In this document: piece after piece, positions 25,078 through 34,500 of the stretch
How positions within the stretch are numbered: position 1 is the stretch's first letter
Layout: each line of letters opens with the position of its first letter
Origin: a virus
IMG/VR virus record: IMGVR_UViG_3300030047_000014
Span: 32,001-96,000 of that record
Length of the DNA: 64,000 nt
Direction: 5' to 3' (one strand)
Program-made: the position numbers and the translations under genes
The notes under the pieces: model-generated
The model's input: only the letters and a program-made list of their open reading frames with translations
What the model was told of the DNA's origin: nothing
Database searches by the model: none

Positions 25078-26217
25078 ATGGCTGATTACTCGTTGACTAC
25101 GCTATTTGTAGTTCCAGTAGGGCAAACCGCACTCCCTAGCTCTGGTTCTACACAAGATTTGGCTGCAGGCAATGTAGGTCTTTTTAGAAATGACTACAGT
25201 GTCGCTACTTCAGCAAATATTGCTGCTGCACCTTATTTCTATGTTGCTCAGGGAAGAGCTAATACTTACCTTCAAGGTAGTAAAAAATCTGACAAAATTA
25301 AGAGCACGAATGTTATTGATTGGTACAAAGTAAATGGTTGTGCTACTTCTCGTAACCAAATTATGGAAATAAGTGGTTGGAATGTAAAATGTGGTGAGGA
25401 TGTAACTTTAACTTTACGTGCTCATTCTAGTTACATTGGAACTCTTTATTACAATGGTTTAACTCGTTCTGTAACTGTAAAGGCTCCTTGTTGCGATTGT
25501 GCAGGTGATCCTTGTGTTAATGTTGATGTTCCTGCATTAATTGATGCTTTCATTGTTAAGCTTACTACTCAGGCTCCTGGTGCTAATCCAGATAATATCT
25601 TCCTGACTAAGTTCTTTAATTTTGAACGTATTGGTACTGGTACTACAGCTATTCTTCGTATTCATGGTAAGGCTTTAACATCTTATGGTGTTCCTTGTGA
25701 TGTCTCTGCATTCCCATACGAATATGATAGAATGTGGTTCAATACATTCGTATATTCAGGTCCTCCTACTACTGTTGACTTCATTGTAAATGATTCTTGC
25801 AATATTGTAGCAAGTTCTGCCACTACACAGACTTCTACCTATCCTGTAGGAACTTCTGCAGAAGTAAAACAGTTGGAGAAAAACTTCCACAGCTATCAAG
25901 CTGCTTATCTTAAACATCTGTATAAGTTAGCAGGTTACAATGGTAACTTTGAAAGCCAGGTAACTGATGGTACAGTGTATGACCTGTATTATATCAAATT
26001 TCTTGAATATGATAGGTCTGCTCATAATTGGGGAGATTATGTACCTATTGATAGTACTGTTGTTATTGCCGCCACTACTGGAGGTGCATATGCATCAGCT
26101 CTTGAAACTGCTTTAGTTGCTGCTCTTGGTGCAGTTGTTAGTAACAATACTTGTATTACTACTACGACAACCACTACTGTTGCTCCTACAACTACCACTA
26201 CTACTTCACACGCATAG
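25078..26217 (+). CDS. Abundant structural protein (auxiliary capsid-like) with Thr-rich tail
   Basis: MCP-like codon bias, A/T/S-rich, C-terminal TTTTTTTVAPTTTTTTS; followed by a hairpin. Confidence 0.65.
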   Translation: MADYSLTTLFVVPVGQTALPSSGSTQDLAAGNVGLFRNDYSVATSANIAAAPYFYVAQGRANTYLQGSKKSDKIKSTNVIDWYKVNGCATSRNQIMEISGWNVKCGEDVTLTLRAHSSYIGTLYYNGLTRSVTVKAPCCDCAGDPCVNVDVPALIDAFIVKLTTQAPGANPDNIFLTKFFNFERIGTGTTAILRIHGKALTSYGVPCDVSAFPYEYDRMWFNTFVYSGPPTTVDFIVNDSCNIVASSATTQTSTYPVGTSAEVKQLEKNFHSYQAAYLKHLYKLAGYNGNFESQVTDGTVYDLYYIKFLEYDRSAHNWGDYVPIDSTVVIAATTGGAYASALETALVAALGAVVSNNTCITTTTTTTVAPTTTTTTSHA

Positions 26218-26240
26218 TAGTAGGCATTGTAATATAAACC

Positions 26241-26274
26241 TATGCCAGAGGTGAGAGGATCATCCTCTGGCATA
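26241..26274 (+). terminator. Terminator-like hairpin
   Basis: TATGCCAGAGG...CCTCTGGCATA followed by TTTATTT. Confidence 0.7.
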
Positions 26275-26288
26275 TTTATTTAAAATAT

Positions 26289-26870
26289 ATGACAGATCTA
26301 AAATTAGATATATTAGTAGTTCCTACATATAATACTAAGACTATGGGTATTGCAGATGCTTCTCGTTACCCTAATGATATGTCAGGTATTATGTCTCCGA
26401 CTATTGAAATAACAATTCCTGGTTTTGGTAGAAAGATATTTCCTTTTAGTATTGATAACTTCACTATCTATTCATCTAGTACACTAGAACTTACAGAAGT
26501 AGGTGATGAAGATGTACCATTACCTGATGGTGTTTACTTCTTAAAATATTCAATTGCTCCTGCTTACATTAACTATGTAGAGAAATCTATAATGAGAGTA
26601 GATGTACTTCAGGAGAAGTTTGATGAAGCTTTTATGCATTTAGATTTTATGGATAGTAATCGTTCTATCAAGATGCAAACTAAAGTAGATCTAGACACTG
26701 TATATTACTTTATCCAGGGAGCTATTGCTGCAGCAAATAATGGTGCAGTAGATGAAGCTAGTAAGCTTTATACACAAGCAGATAAGATGCTTACTAGTAT
26801 TATAGGTAACAATTGTGGATATTCTGAGAATAATTATATAACAAATTTTGGTATAAATGGCAACATGTGA
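26289..26870 (+). CDS. Structural (tail-associated) protein
   Basis: 193 aa, PLPDGVYFLKYSI; located in the structural module. Confidence 0.65.
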   Translation: MTDLKLDILVVPTYNTKTMGIADASRYPNDMSGIMSPTIEITIPGFGRKIFPFSIDNFTIYSSSTLELTEVGDEDVPLPDGVYFLKYSIAPAYINYVEKSIMRVDVLQEKFDEAFMHLDFMDSNRSIKMQTKVDLDTVYYFIQGAIAAANNGAVDEASKLYTQADKMLTSIIGNNCGYSENNYITNFGINGNM

Positions 26871-26942
26871 TGCAGGAATTTATAGAATAGTTAATATCAA
26901 GCTCACACTAAAAATTATCATTTTAAATTTAAAGAAAAATAA
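26857..26942 (+). pseudogene. Internally deleted GIY-YIG homing endonuclease remnant
   Basis: MATCDAGIYRIVNI (GIY motif) joined out of frame to QAHTKNYHFKFKEK* (NUMOD1-like end). Confidence 0.5.
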
Positions 26943-26944
26943 AT

Positions 26945-27043
26945 ATGAGTGCAACATGTAAAAAATGTGGAGCTAATGTTGGATGTGGCTGTCAATTAGT
27001 TAATGGTCTATGTCCTGCATGTGCTGCTTTAGAAAAGAAATAG
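26945..27043 (+). CDS. Tiny Cys-rich protein (32 aa)
   Basis: MSATCKKCGANVGCGCQLVNGLCPACAALEKK; six Cys. Confidence 0.65.
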   Translation: MSATCKKCGANVGCGCQLVNGLCPACAALEKK

Positions 27044-27060
27044 ATTTAAACTAAAAAGTC

Positions 27061-27327
27061 ATGATAACTCCAAGACTTATAAATGGTTCAGAACATATTG
27101 AGATTATAGATTTATTGAATGATATTGATTGTAAAATTGCTATATTAGCAAAAGATTTCTACAATAATATTATATTCGCTTTGAATAGACCTGTATCACG
27201 TAATACTATGCGTGATCTTCTTCATTATAAAAGGATTTTAATATACAAATCATGTAATCGTCATTATGCTAGTCACTATACAGTGAAAATGATTGCAAGT
27301 AAAGTTAAACTTTTAAAATTTAGATAA
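27061..27327 (+). CDS. Structural-module hypothetical protein
   Basis: 88-aa ORF. Confidence 0.65.
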   Translation: MITPRLINGSEHIEIIDLLNDIDCKIAILAKDFYNNIIFALNRPVSRNTMRDLLHYKRILIYKSCNRHYASHYTVKMIASKVKLLKFR

Positions 27328-27329
27328 TA

Positions 27330-28451
27330 ATGTCAGACTGCAATAATTGCTATAATGGATGTCCTGATATAAAATCAGATCAGTGTATTAGATACACAGG
27401 AATTGACATTCCTATTCTAGGGATAGAATCTGGTGACTCTCTCTCATATGTTGAGCAAACACTAATTCAGTATCTGCTGTCTACATTAGATGGAACAGGT
27501 ATAAAACCAGATATTGATCCTGCACAACTTGGAACATTAGTAACAAGTTTTTTACTTGAGTGTAAAGATGTGTCAATTGTAGATTTATCTATAGCATTAG
27601 CAAAAGCTATAGTAAGTCTTGAAACTGATATTGATGGTCTTACATCAACTGTAAATAGTATAAATGCTTCCTTTACTGTTTCATGCCTTTCAGATGTAAC
27701 TGCAGAGTCTCATATTCATGAGGTTGTACAGTCAATAATTAATTCTCTTTGTACACTTAAAACTAATTTAGAGAACCTGGCTCATGATGTTGATGTTAAC
27801 TACGTCAAACTTGATGAACTTAGCTCATTAATAGATGAACATATAGGCACTGGATCAACATTAATTAAGGATAAGATGGTTCCCTATGTTGCAGTAGAAT
27901 ACTATGGTCCACTTTCTAATTTTGATATATCAGGCGCAGGAACAGGAAATTGGATAGATATTTATCTATGTAATGGAAATCATAATACACCTGATAAAAG
28001 AGGAAGAATTCCAGTTGGTGCTACAACAGGTATGGGAGGTGGAACATTTGATACCACAACAGATCCTGCAGTAGCTGGAAACCCCACCTATGTTCTTCTA
28101 TCCAAAGGAGGAAGTAATAATATTACTCTTTCTGGCTCTCAATTACCTAGTCATACTCATTTAGCATCAGTAAAAGTAACTGAGGATGGTCACTACCATT
28201 ATAGTTTTAATACAAGTACATTAAATGGAACTAATCTTAGTGCTTCTAATTTCCCTTTAAAAGGTTTTTCAACTGGTGGTAATATGGGTTATGAAATAGT
28301 AGCAGATAATGCTACTCCTACTATTGGTAAAACTAATTCTACAGTTACAGGAGTTAAAGTAGCTGTAGACAATTCTACTGTAGGAGAGAATAAATCACAT
28401 TCAAATATTCCTCCTGTATTAGCTTGTTATTATATAATTTACATCCCTTAA
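27330..28451 (+). CDS. Tail fibre protein with collar-like domain
   Basis: Cys-rich N-terminus, coiled coil, LCNGNHNTPDKRGRIPVG and LPSHTH...SHSNIPPVLACYYII motifs of the phage tail-collar type. Confidence 0.75.
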   Translation: MSDCNNCYNGCPDIKSDQCIRYTGIDIPILGIESGDSLSYVEQTLIQYLLSTLDGTGIKPDIDPAQLGTLVTSFLLECKDVSIVDLSIALAKAIVSLETDIDGLTSTVNSINASFTVSCLSDVTAESHIHEVVQSIINSLCTLKTNLENLAHDVDVNYVKLDELSSLIDEHIGTGSTLIKDKMVPYVAVEYYGPLSNFDISGAGTGNWIDIYLCNGNHNTPDKRGRIPVGATTGMGGGTFDTTTDPAVAGNPTYVLLSKGGSNNITLSGSQLPSHTHLASVKVTEDGHYHYSFNTSTLNGTNLSASNFPLKGFSTGGNMGYEIVADNATPTIGKTNSTVTGVKVAVDNSTVGENKSHSNIPPVLACYYIIYIP

Positions 28452-28462
28452 AAATCATTGTT

Positions 28463-28714
28463 ATGTCTGGATGCAATAGTGGAAGAAGTTATCAGAAAGT
28501 ACTAGGTTCTGCCATAAGTAAAAGAGGTGGATGTGGTTGTAATGAGGATCCATGTAAAGATACTTACCAGGGACCAAATCTACCCTGTACAGGCATAGAA
28601 ACTTACACTTCTATGGAGGTAGTTATTCAGATGATTGATCAGAAGATATGTGAATTAACTGAATTGTTAAACACAATAACAACTACATCAACAACAACAA
28701 CATTACCATTATGA
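28463..28714 (+). CDS. Small Cys-rich structural protein with Thr tail
   Basis: Likely start MSGCN; YQGPNLPCTGIET resembles YTGIDIPILGIES of the upstream fibre. Confidence 0.6.
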   Translation: MSGCNSGRSYQKVLGSAISKRGGCGCNEDPCKDTYQGPNLPCTGIETYTSMEVVIQMIDQKICELTELLNTITTTSTTTTLPL

Positions 28715-29196
28715 GTGTTAAAATAACTCTTACAAATGTAGGTTCAAATATAAGTCCTACTTTAGATATTTACTCTAATGCAACAGGTACTTGGGTATTC
28801 TTTAAAAATGTATCTGTTACAGATTTACTTGGAGGATATGTATTTACTCCTCCTTTGAATGCAACTGGGTATCAAGTTAGAGATACAGGTGCGTGTGGAA
28901 CTATTCTTGAATTATATTGTGAATATATTACAACCACTACCACTTATAATCCTTCTTATACCACAACTACTACAACTACAGCAGCTCCTGTTTATTGGTA
29001 TATTCTTAGTAAATGTATTCCTAATGGAACTGATTATTATGCAGGACCATTTTATACTAACATGTACTCTATGGGGGATAGAGTAGAAGGTGCTACATCA
29101 ACCTATTATGTTGTAATTGGTTCTTATACAACAGAGCCTGTTAATAGGGAGAAATTATCTGGAATTACTGGAACAGGCTATAGAGGCTGTCCATAA
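28711..29196 (+). CDS. Structural protein with Thr-rich linker
   Basis: 161 aa; beta-rich N-terminal module, TTTTT linkers. Confidence 0.65.
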   Translation: MSVKITLTNVGSNISPTLDIYSNATGTWVFFKNVSVTDLLGGYVFTPPLNATGYQVRDTGACGTILELYCEYITTTTTYNPSYTTTTTTTAAPVYWYILSKCIPNGTDYYAGPFYTNMYSMGDRVEGATSTYYVVIGSYTTEPVNREKLSGITGTGYRGCP

Positions 29197-29240
29197 CTAA
29201 AATAATCTTGGTAATTTTGTTGGTTTTATTATCAGGATGA

Positions 29241-29273
29241 GGCTCTCAGTATTTATTACTGGGAGCTTTTTTT
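29241..29273 (+). terminator. Intrinsic terminator
   Basis: GGCTCTCAGTA-TTTAT-TACTGGGAGCT plus T run. Confidence 0.85.
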
Positions 29274-29277
29274 AAAT

Positions 29278-29354
29278 TATAACTTATTTAGTTATAGTAT
29301 ATAATCTAGATAATTAAAAAAGTTTTGAAAATATAAAAAGATGGTATATCTTTA
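29278..29354 (+). promoter_or_regulatory. Palindromic operator plus near-consensus Bacteroidota promoter
   Basis: TATAACT-TATTT-AGTTATA; TTTG (29324-27) - N19 - TATCTTTA (29347-54). Confidence 0.6.
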
Positions 29355-29378
29355 CCTGTAATTTAATTCTTCTTATTA

Positions 29379-30143
29379 ATGGCAACTCTCAGATATTTAG
29401 TTTCTTCTGTAAGATCAATGCATAAACTCTTATCCACAGATGCTACAATAACGGATAGAGTAATAGCTGCTGAAATTAAAAGTAATGCTCGTTTACTTAT
29501 AAAGAGAGATACAAATCTTAGGAAACTTTGGGCTACAGATACTATATTTACAACAATCCCTTGTTTAGAAATGGAAGAAGTTCCTATTACAGAATGTTGT
29601 GATTATATAGATACTTGTACAATAGCTAGGACTAAGTATAAACTCCCACGTATTTCTGAAGGTAATTATCAGTACATTATCCAAGGTGTCTATAGTATTA
29701 ATGCTATGGGTGGTAAAGGAAAGAAGATAAAAGAGATATCTATTAATAGGTATCTGAATCTTCTAAAACTTCCTATTATAAAGAAGGAAGCATACTTTTG
29801 GATATCTAATGATTACCTTTACGTAACTAATTCATCTATCCAGGCAATAAGAGTAGCAGCTCTATTTGAAGAGGATATTCCTAATTTTATAATGTATTCT
29901 CCATGTGCATGTAAGACTACCAAGGTTACAGATGAGGATTGGTGTAGGAATCCATTAGATAAGGAATTTGCTTTGCCAGGATACCTAGAGAAACAAGTAC
30001 TGGAATTGGCTTCACAAAAATTACTTAGTACCTATTTTAAAATTAAATCTGATAATACACAGAATAGTGTGGATGATCAGTCTGCTATCCAACCTTCCAG
30101 ATATTCACAACCTCAATCTTCAGGTAATGAGAGTCAAAGTTGA
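29379..30143 (+). CDS. Tail ring protein (crAss-like)
   Basis: 254 aa, CLEMEEVP..CC, RVAALFEED, EFALPGYL. Confidence 0.6.
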   Translation: MATLRYLVSSVRSMHKLLSTDATITDRVIAAEIKSNARLLIKRDTNLRKLWATDTIFTTIPCLEMEEVPITECCDYIDTCTIARTKYKLPRISEGNYQYIIQGVYSINAMGGKGKKIKEISINRYLNLLKLPIIKKEAYFWISNDYLYVTNSSIQAIRVAALFEEDIPNFIMYSPCACKTTKVTDEDWCRNPLDKEFALPGYLEKQVLELASQKLLSTYFKIKSDNTQNSVDDQSAIQPSRYSQPQSSGNESQS

Positions 30144-30609
30144 TTGGAGAAGTGCTAGTAAAGAAAACTACAAAGATTTCTGCCATAGATATAGTAGTAT
30201 AAATATATCCTTTGACACATGGCAAAACATACTATACTCTTATAATGATCAGTTTAAGGAGTATATTCTTGAAACAGGAGAAAAAGCAAAACTTCCATTA
30301 GGACTTGGAGAGTTTTCAATTAATAAGAAGAAGAGAAAAAGAATAAAGGTAGATGTCAGACACAACAGAGAATTTATTAATCTACCAATTGATTGGCAAA
30401 AAACTAAAGCAAAAGGAAAAATAATCTATAATTTTAATTTCCATACAGAAGGTTTCTCTTTTAACTGGATTTGGTTTAAATCAAGTGCAATGTTTAAGCA
30501 ATCTGATTTATGGAGATTTAAAGCAAGTAGAGTTACTTCCAGATTATTAACTCATTATCTTAAGTCTGATAATAAATATCAGCATCTATATAGAGAATGG
30601 CAACACTAA
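30127..30609 (+). CDS. IHF-like basic protein of the crAss-like tail module
   Basis: Likely start MRVKVD; ILETGEKAKLPLGLGEFSINKKK resembles the IHF core. Confidence 0.6.
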   Translation: MRVKVDWRSASKENYKDFCHRYSSINISFDTWQNILYSYNDQFKEYILETGEKAKLPLGLGEFSINKKKRKRIKVDVRHNREFINLPIDWQKTKAKGKIIYNFNFHTEGFSFNWIWFKSSAMFKQSDLWRFKASRVTSRLLTHYLKSDNKYQHLYREWQH

Positions 30610-30627
30610 TTATATAAATTAATTGAG

Positions 30628-31572
30628 ATGTCTTACTATTACAAATATAATTTTACCAGTCCAGAACTGGTATACTCTGTAGTTAAGGAGGAACTTAAGA
30701 GTTACTTTGATACAGGTGCTGTAGATGATTTACTATTTCCTACCTATGTTGATAAATGTCTTCGTAAGTTAGGGAGATCTTCCTATGTAATTAGTGAAGA
30801 GATGATGACAATAGAAGATTTTGAATCAAGATTACCTGATAACTTCTATGCTGTTAGAGAAGCTTGGTTATGCTCTGAAGTAAAAGGACCTATTACACAA
30901 GTACCTAGTGCTTATTATTCCCAATCTGATACTCAGGATACAACATTAATTGGTCCAATAACTACGGACGAAGTTGAGGATGAACATTGTTGCCACCATC
31001 ATGATGATGAGGAATTACTTACCTACAAAACTAATTATCAGGAGTCAAAATCATACAAAAGACAATATCTTCTTAAACCAGGGAATATTTCTGCTAATAA
31101 GAATTGTGATGTGAATTACTCTAATGAATGGTCTTTCTTCTCTGAAAATCCTTCTGGTTATGCTCCTGGCAATGCTGATTATGATTCATTTGATATTAGA
31201 GATAATAAATTCATTACCAATTTTAGAACTGCAGTAGTTTATTTAGTATTCTATGCTACAGCATATGATGAATCAGAAAATCAATTAATACCTGATAATT
31301 ACCGTATTAGGGAATATATTGAGAGTTTTATAAAATATAAAGTATTTGAGACTTTGTATAATCAGGTTAATGATGAAACATATAATCAGATAGAAAAAAA
31401 GATGATGCTTTATAAACAAGCTTCAGATGAAGCATTTATACTTGCAGATATAGAGGTAAAGAAACAAACAGTATATCAGAAACAAAGAAGTATAAAGAAT
31501 AATCTGAATAGGTTTCAGATGTATGAGTTACCCACACGAATCAGTAGAAATAGTTTAAGCAGAAATAGATAA
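30628..31572 (+). CDS. Tail tubular/ring protein
   Basis: 314 aa directly upstream of the muzzle gene; YATAYDESENQLIPDN. Confidence 0.6.
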   Translation: MSYYYKYNFTSPELVYSVVKEELKSYFDTGAVDDLLFPTYVDKCLRKLGRSSYVISEEMMTIEDFESRLPDNFYAVREAWLCSEVKGPITQVPSAYYSQSDTQDTTLIGPITTDEVEDEHCCHHHDDEELLTYKTNYQESKSYKRQYLLKPGNISANKNCDVNYSNEWSFFSENPSGYAPGNADYDSFDIRDNKFITNFRTAVVYLVFYATAYDESENQLIPDNYRIREYIESFIKYKVFETLYNQVNDETYNQIEKKMMLYKQASDEAFILADIEVKKQTVYQKQRSIKNNLNRFQMYELPTRISRNSLSRNR

Positions 31573-31574
31573 TT

Positions 31575-34500
31575 ATGGCTACTTCAGAACAAGATAGTAA
31601 TATCAAACAAGAGTTTAATACAGCTTCAGTTGGGTTAAACCAAGACCAATCTGCTAATCAGGTTAAAAAAGGTGCATTAACTTACGCCTTGAATGCTACT
31701 ATTGAGAACTTTGATGCTAATTCTGTGTCTTATCAGAATGAGGGAGGTAATGAATTCTGCCTTAATTTCCCTGCTGATTTTGTTCTTATAGGCAAACATT
31801 TCATTCCTGAGAGAAATAAACATATATTCATGTTAGTTAATCCTGAAACAGAAGAGAGTCAGATAGGATATATGGATAATACTGATTGTGTATATAGAAC
31901 TTATGCAACTGGTGGGTGTTTGAATTTTAATGTAAACTATCCTATTCACAAGATAGTTCATAAGATAACTAATTGCTCTACAGAGATTTACTGGGCAGAC
32001 AGAAATGGTAGAAGATATATGGATCTTGATAATATTCCATATCTTCTTCAATCAGGGAGTACTTTATGTGATCCTAAATATGGTAAGGAATTAGATTGTA
32101 ATCAACTTAAGTTACAGTCAAATTTCTCTATTCCTACTCTTGAGATTAAGGATGTTGTAAGTGGTGGAAATCTTATAGCAGGTACTGTTCAGTTTGGAAT
32201 TCAATATTCTGATGCTAATGGTAATCCATATACATCTTATTATTCAATTACTAATCCAACTTCTATTTCTGATCCTACCATAACAAGTATGAATTTTAAT
32301 TATCCTGTTGGTAAATCAGTTATCGTTAATATATCTAATCTTGATTCAACTGGTCATTTTCAATACTTTAATCTTGTTGTTATTAAGACTATCAATGCTA
32401 TAAGTACTCCAGAATTAGTTGGTACTTATTACATTGATAATACTCAAAAACAAGTAATTTATACTGGTCAGAATGTAGAAGCTATCAAACTCTCTATGGA
32501 AGAAGTATTTGAGAAATTTCCTACTTATGATATAGCTGAGGATGTAACTACTGTCCAGGATGTTATTATATGGAGTGGTCTTACTTCTATTGATAGAATC
32601 AACTATCAGAGTATTGCTAATAAAATAAAGCTCTATTGGGAAACTTGGAGAATACCTTCTACTGAAAATTATGCTACAGAGTTAAATACTACTAATTTTA
32701 GATCCTATTTAAGAGATGAAGTATACCCATTTGAAGTAGTATTTCTACTTGCTAATGGAAAACAGACAGATAGATTTCATATACCAGGCAGAGCATTAAC
32801 TCCTGATGAAATTAATAAACCTGAGATATCTACTTTAAATGCTGATTTTGTAGGAACCCCTACATATTATGTAGATGATATTGGATTTTCTCCTTATTGG
32901 AAGATTTATAATACTTCTTCTGTATTAGGAACTTCTGAACAATTTAGTTCAGATCCAAAATATAAAGGATCTTATCAGTATGGTGAATTTGCTTATTGGG
33001 AATCAACTGAAGAGTATCCTTGTGATAAAGTTTTGTGGGGAGAGCTTGCAGGTAAAAAGATAAGACATCATAAGTTTCCAGATGTATCTGTATCTCCTAT
33101 ATTTGAATCAAAGACATTTACTAATGTAAATTCTATGGTAATGGGAAATGATGCTATATTTCCTATTGGTGTAAAGATTGATGTTCAATATTTAAAATCC
33201 CTTATAAATAGTTCAGATCTAACAGATAGTCAGAAAAGTGACATAGTTGGATTTAAGATTGTGAGGGGAGACAGAAGCACAAATAAATCTGTAATAGCAA
33301 AAGGTATCTTAAGAAATGTAGGCATTTATGAGAGAGAAGATCAGAAATTCTATTATCCTAACTATCCCTACAATGATCTAAATCAGGATCCATTTTTAAC
33401 AAGTACTAATAATGCATTCTCACAGACATGTAATACCTACAATATAAATATAAATCATCTTGAGCGTGATTCTTCTGGTGGTGCAGATTTTGCGGACATT
33501 CAGTATACTGATTGTAATACAAATAAACAGGCAGTAAAAAGATTCTATTCAACTGATACATTTGAACTATGCTCAATTTCAAAACCCATCTTTTTGAATT
33601 CATCAGCAGGAGTAGTTAGTATAGCTACCTATGAAGAATGGAGAATTCAGATTAAGTTTGGTATAGGAACTGTTGGATGGGTAGATCCTGTCGATGGTTA
33701 TAAAGAAATTCCTTTTGGTCCTGGTTATTCTTACTTGAATGTTGTAGTAGGAACAGGTGCACCTAAAGGTATCTCTGGTGCAGAAATATCTACTTTATAT
33801 CTTGGTTTACATGCACCTTCCAGTATATGTAATAAGTATTCTGAGTTACCTGCAATAAAGGATAATGAAACTCTTAAATATAGACAAGTATTTAATTCTC
33901 CAGAGACTTCTTTTGGTCAGCCTTTTCTTGGTGATACTCTTAAGTTAGAGAGTGTAATATTTGGAACAGGAAAAGCTCATTTTGTAGAGGTTAAGAATAA
34001 TGCTAAGTATAAATTAATTACAGAACAAGCTCAAAGAAAAGCTCTGGATAGCTCTAATAAACTGGGAGCTATTACTAGTGATTTCAATGCATCAGCAATG
34101 TTTGCAGCTTATCAGGCTTATCTTACTATTTATATAAATGGTATAACAAGAAAGAACTTTGCTTACTCTTTTAATTCTATAGCAGATTATAATTATATGA
34201 CAACTATTCCTAATGAATTAGGAATTAAACAAAGGAAATTAGATATTAAACGTTATCTAATACCTGGAGTACAATCTGTTAATGATGAGTTTACTATTAA
34301 TAACTATGAGAGGGAATCTTCCATATATCTAAGAACAGATTTGGATAAGACTCCTTTACCTCATCCAGATAAAACACCTAATATGTTATTTGGTGATATA
34401 AGTCTGGTTTCGGATAAATCCAGATTTACTGTATCTGGAATAGGTAATTGTAATAAACCAGGGAAGGAAGAACCAATTCAAGTTGTTTCCTATTATGCAT

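Noticed and set aside
26200-26223. Triple TAG stop as an anti-readthrough signal
   Set aside because: AGTAGTAG pairs with the upstream Thr codons CTACTACT, so a hairpin explains it equally well; no other sign of amber suppression.
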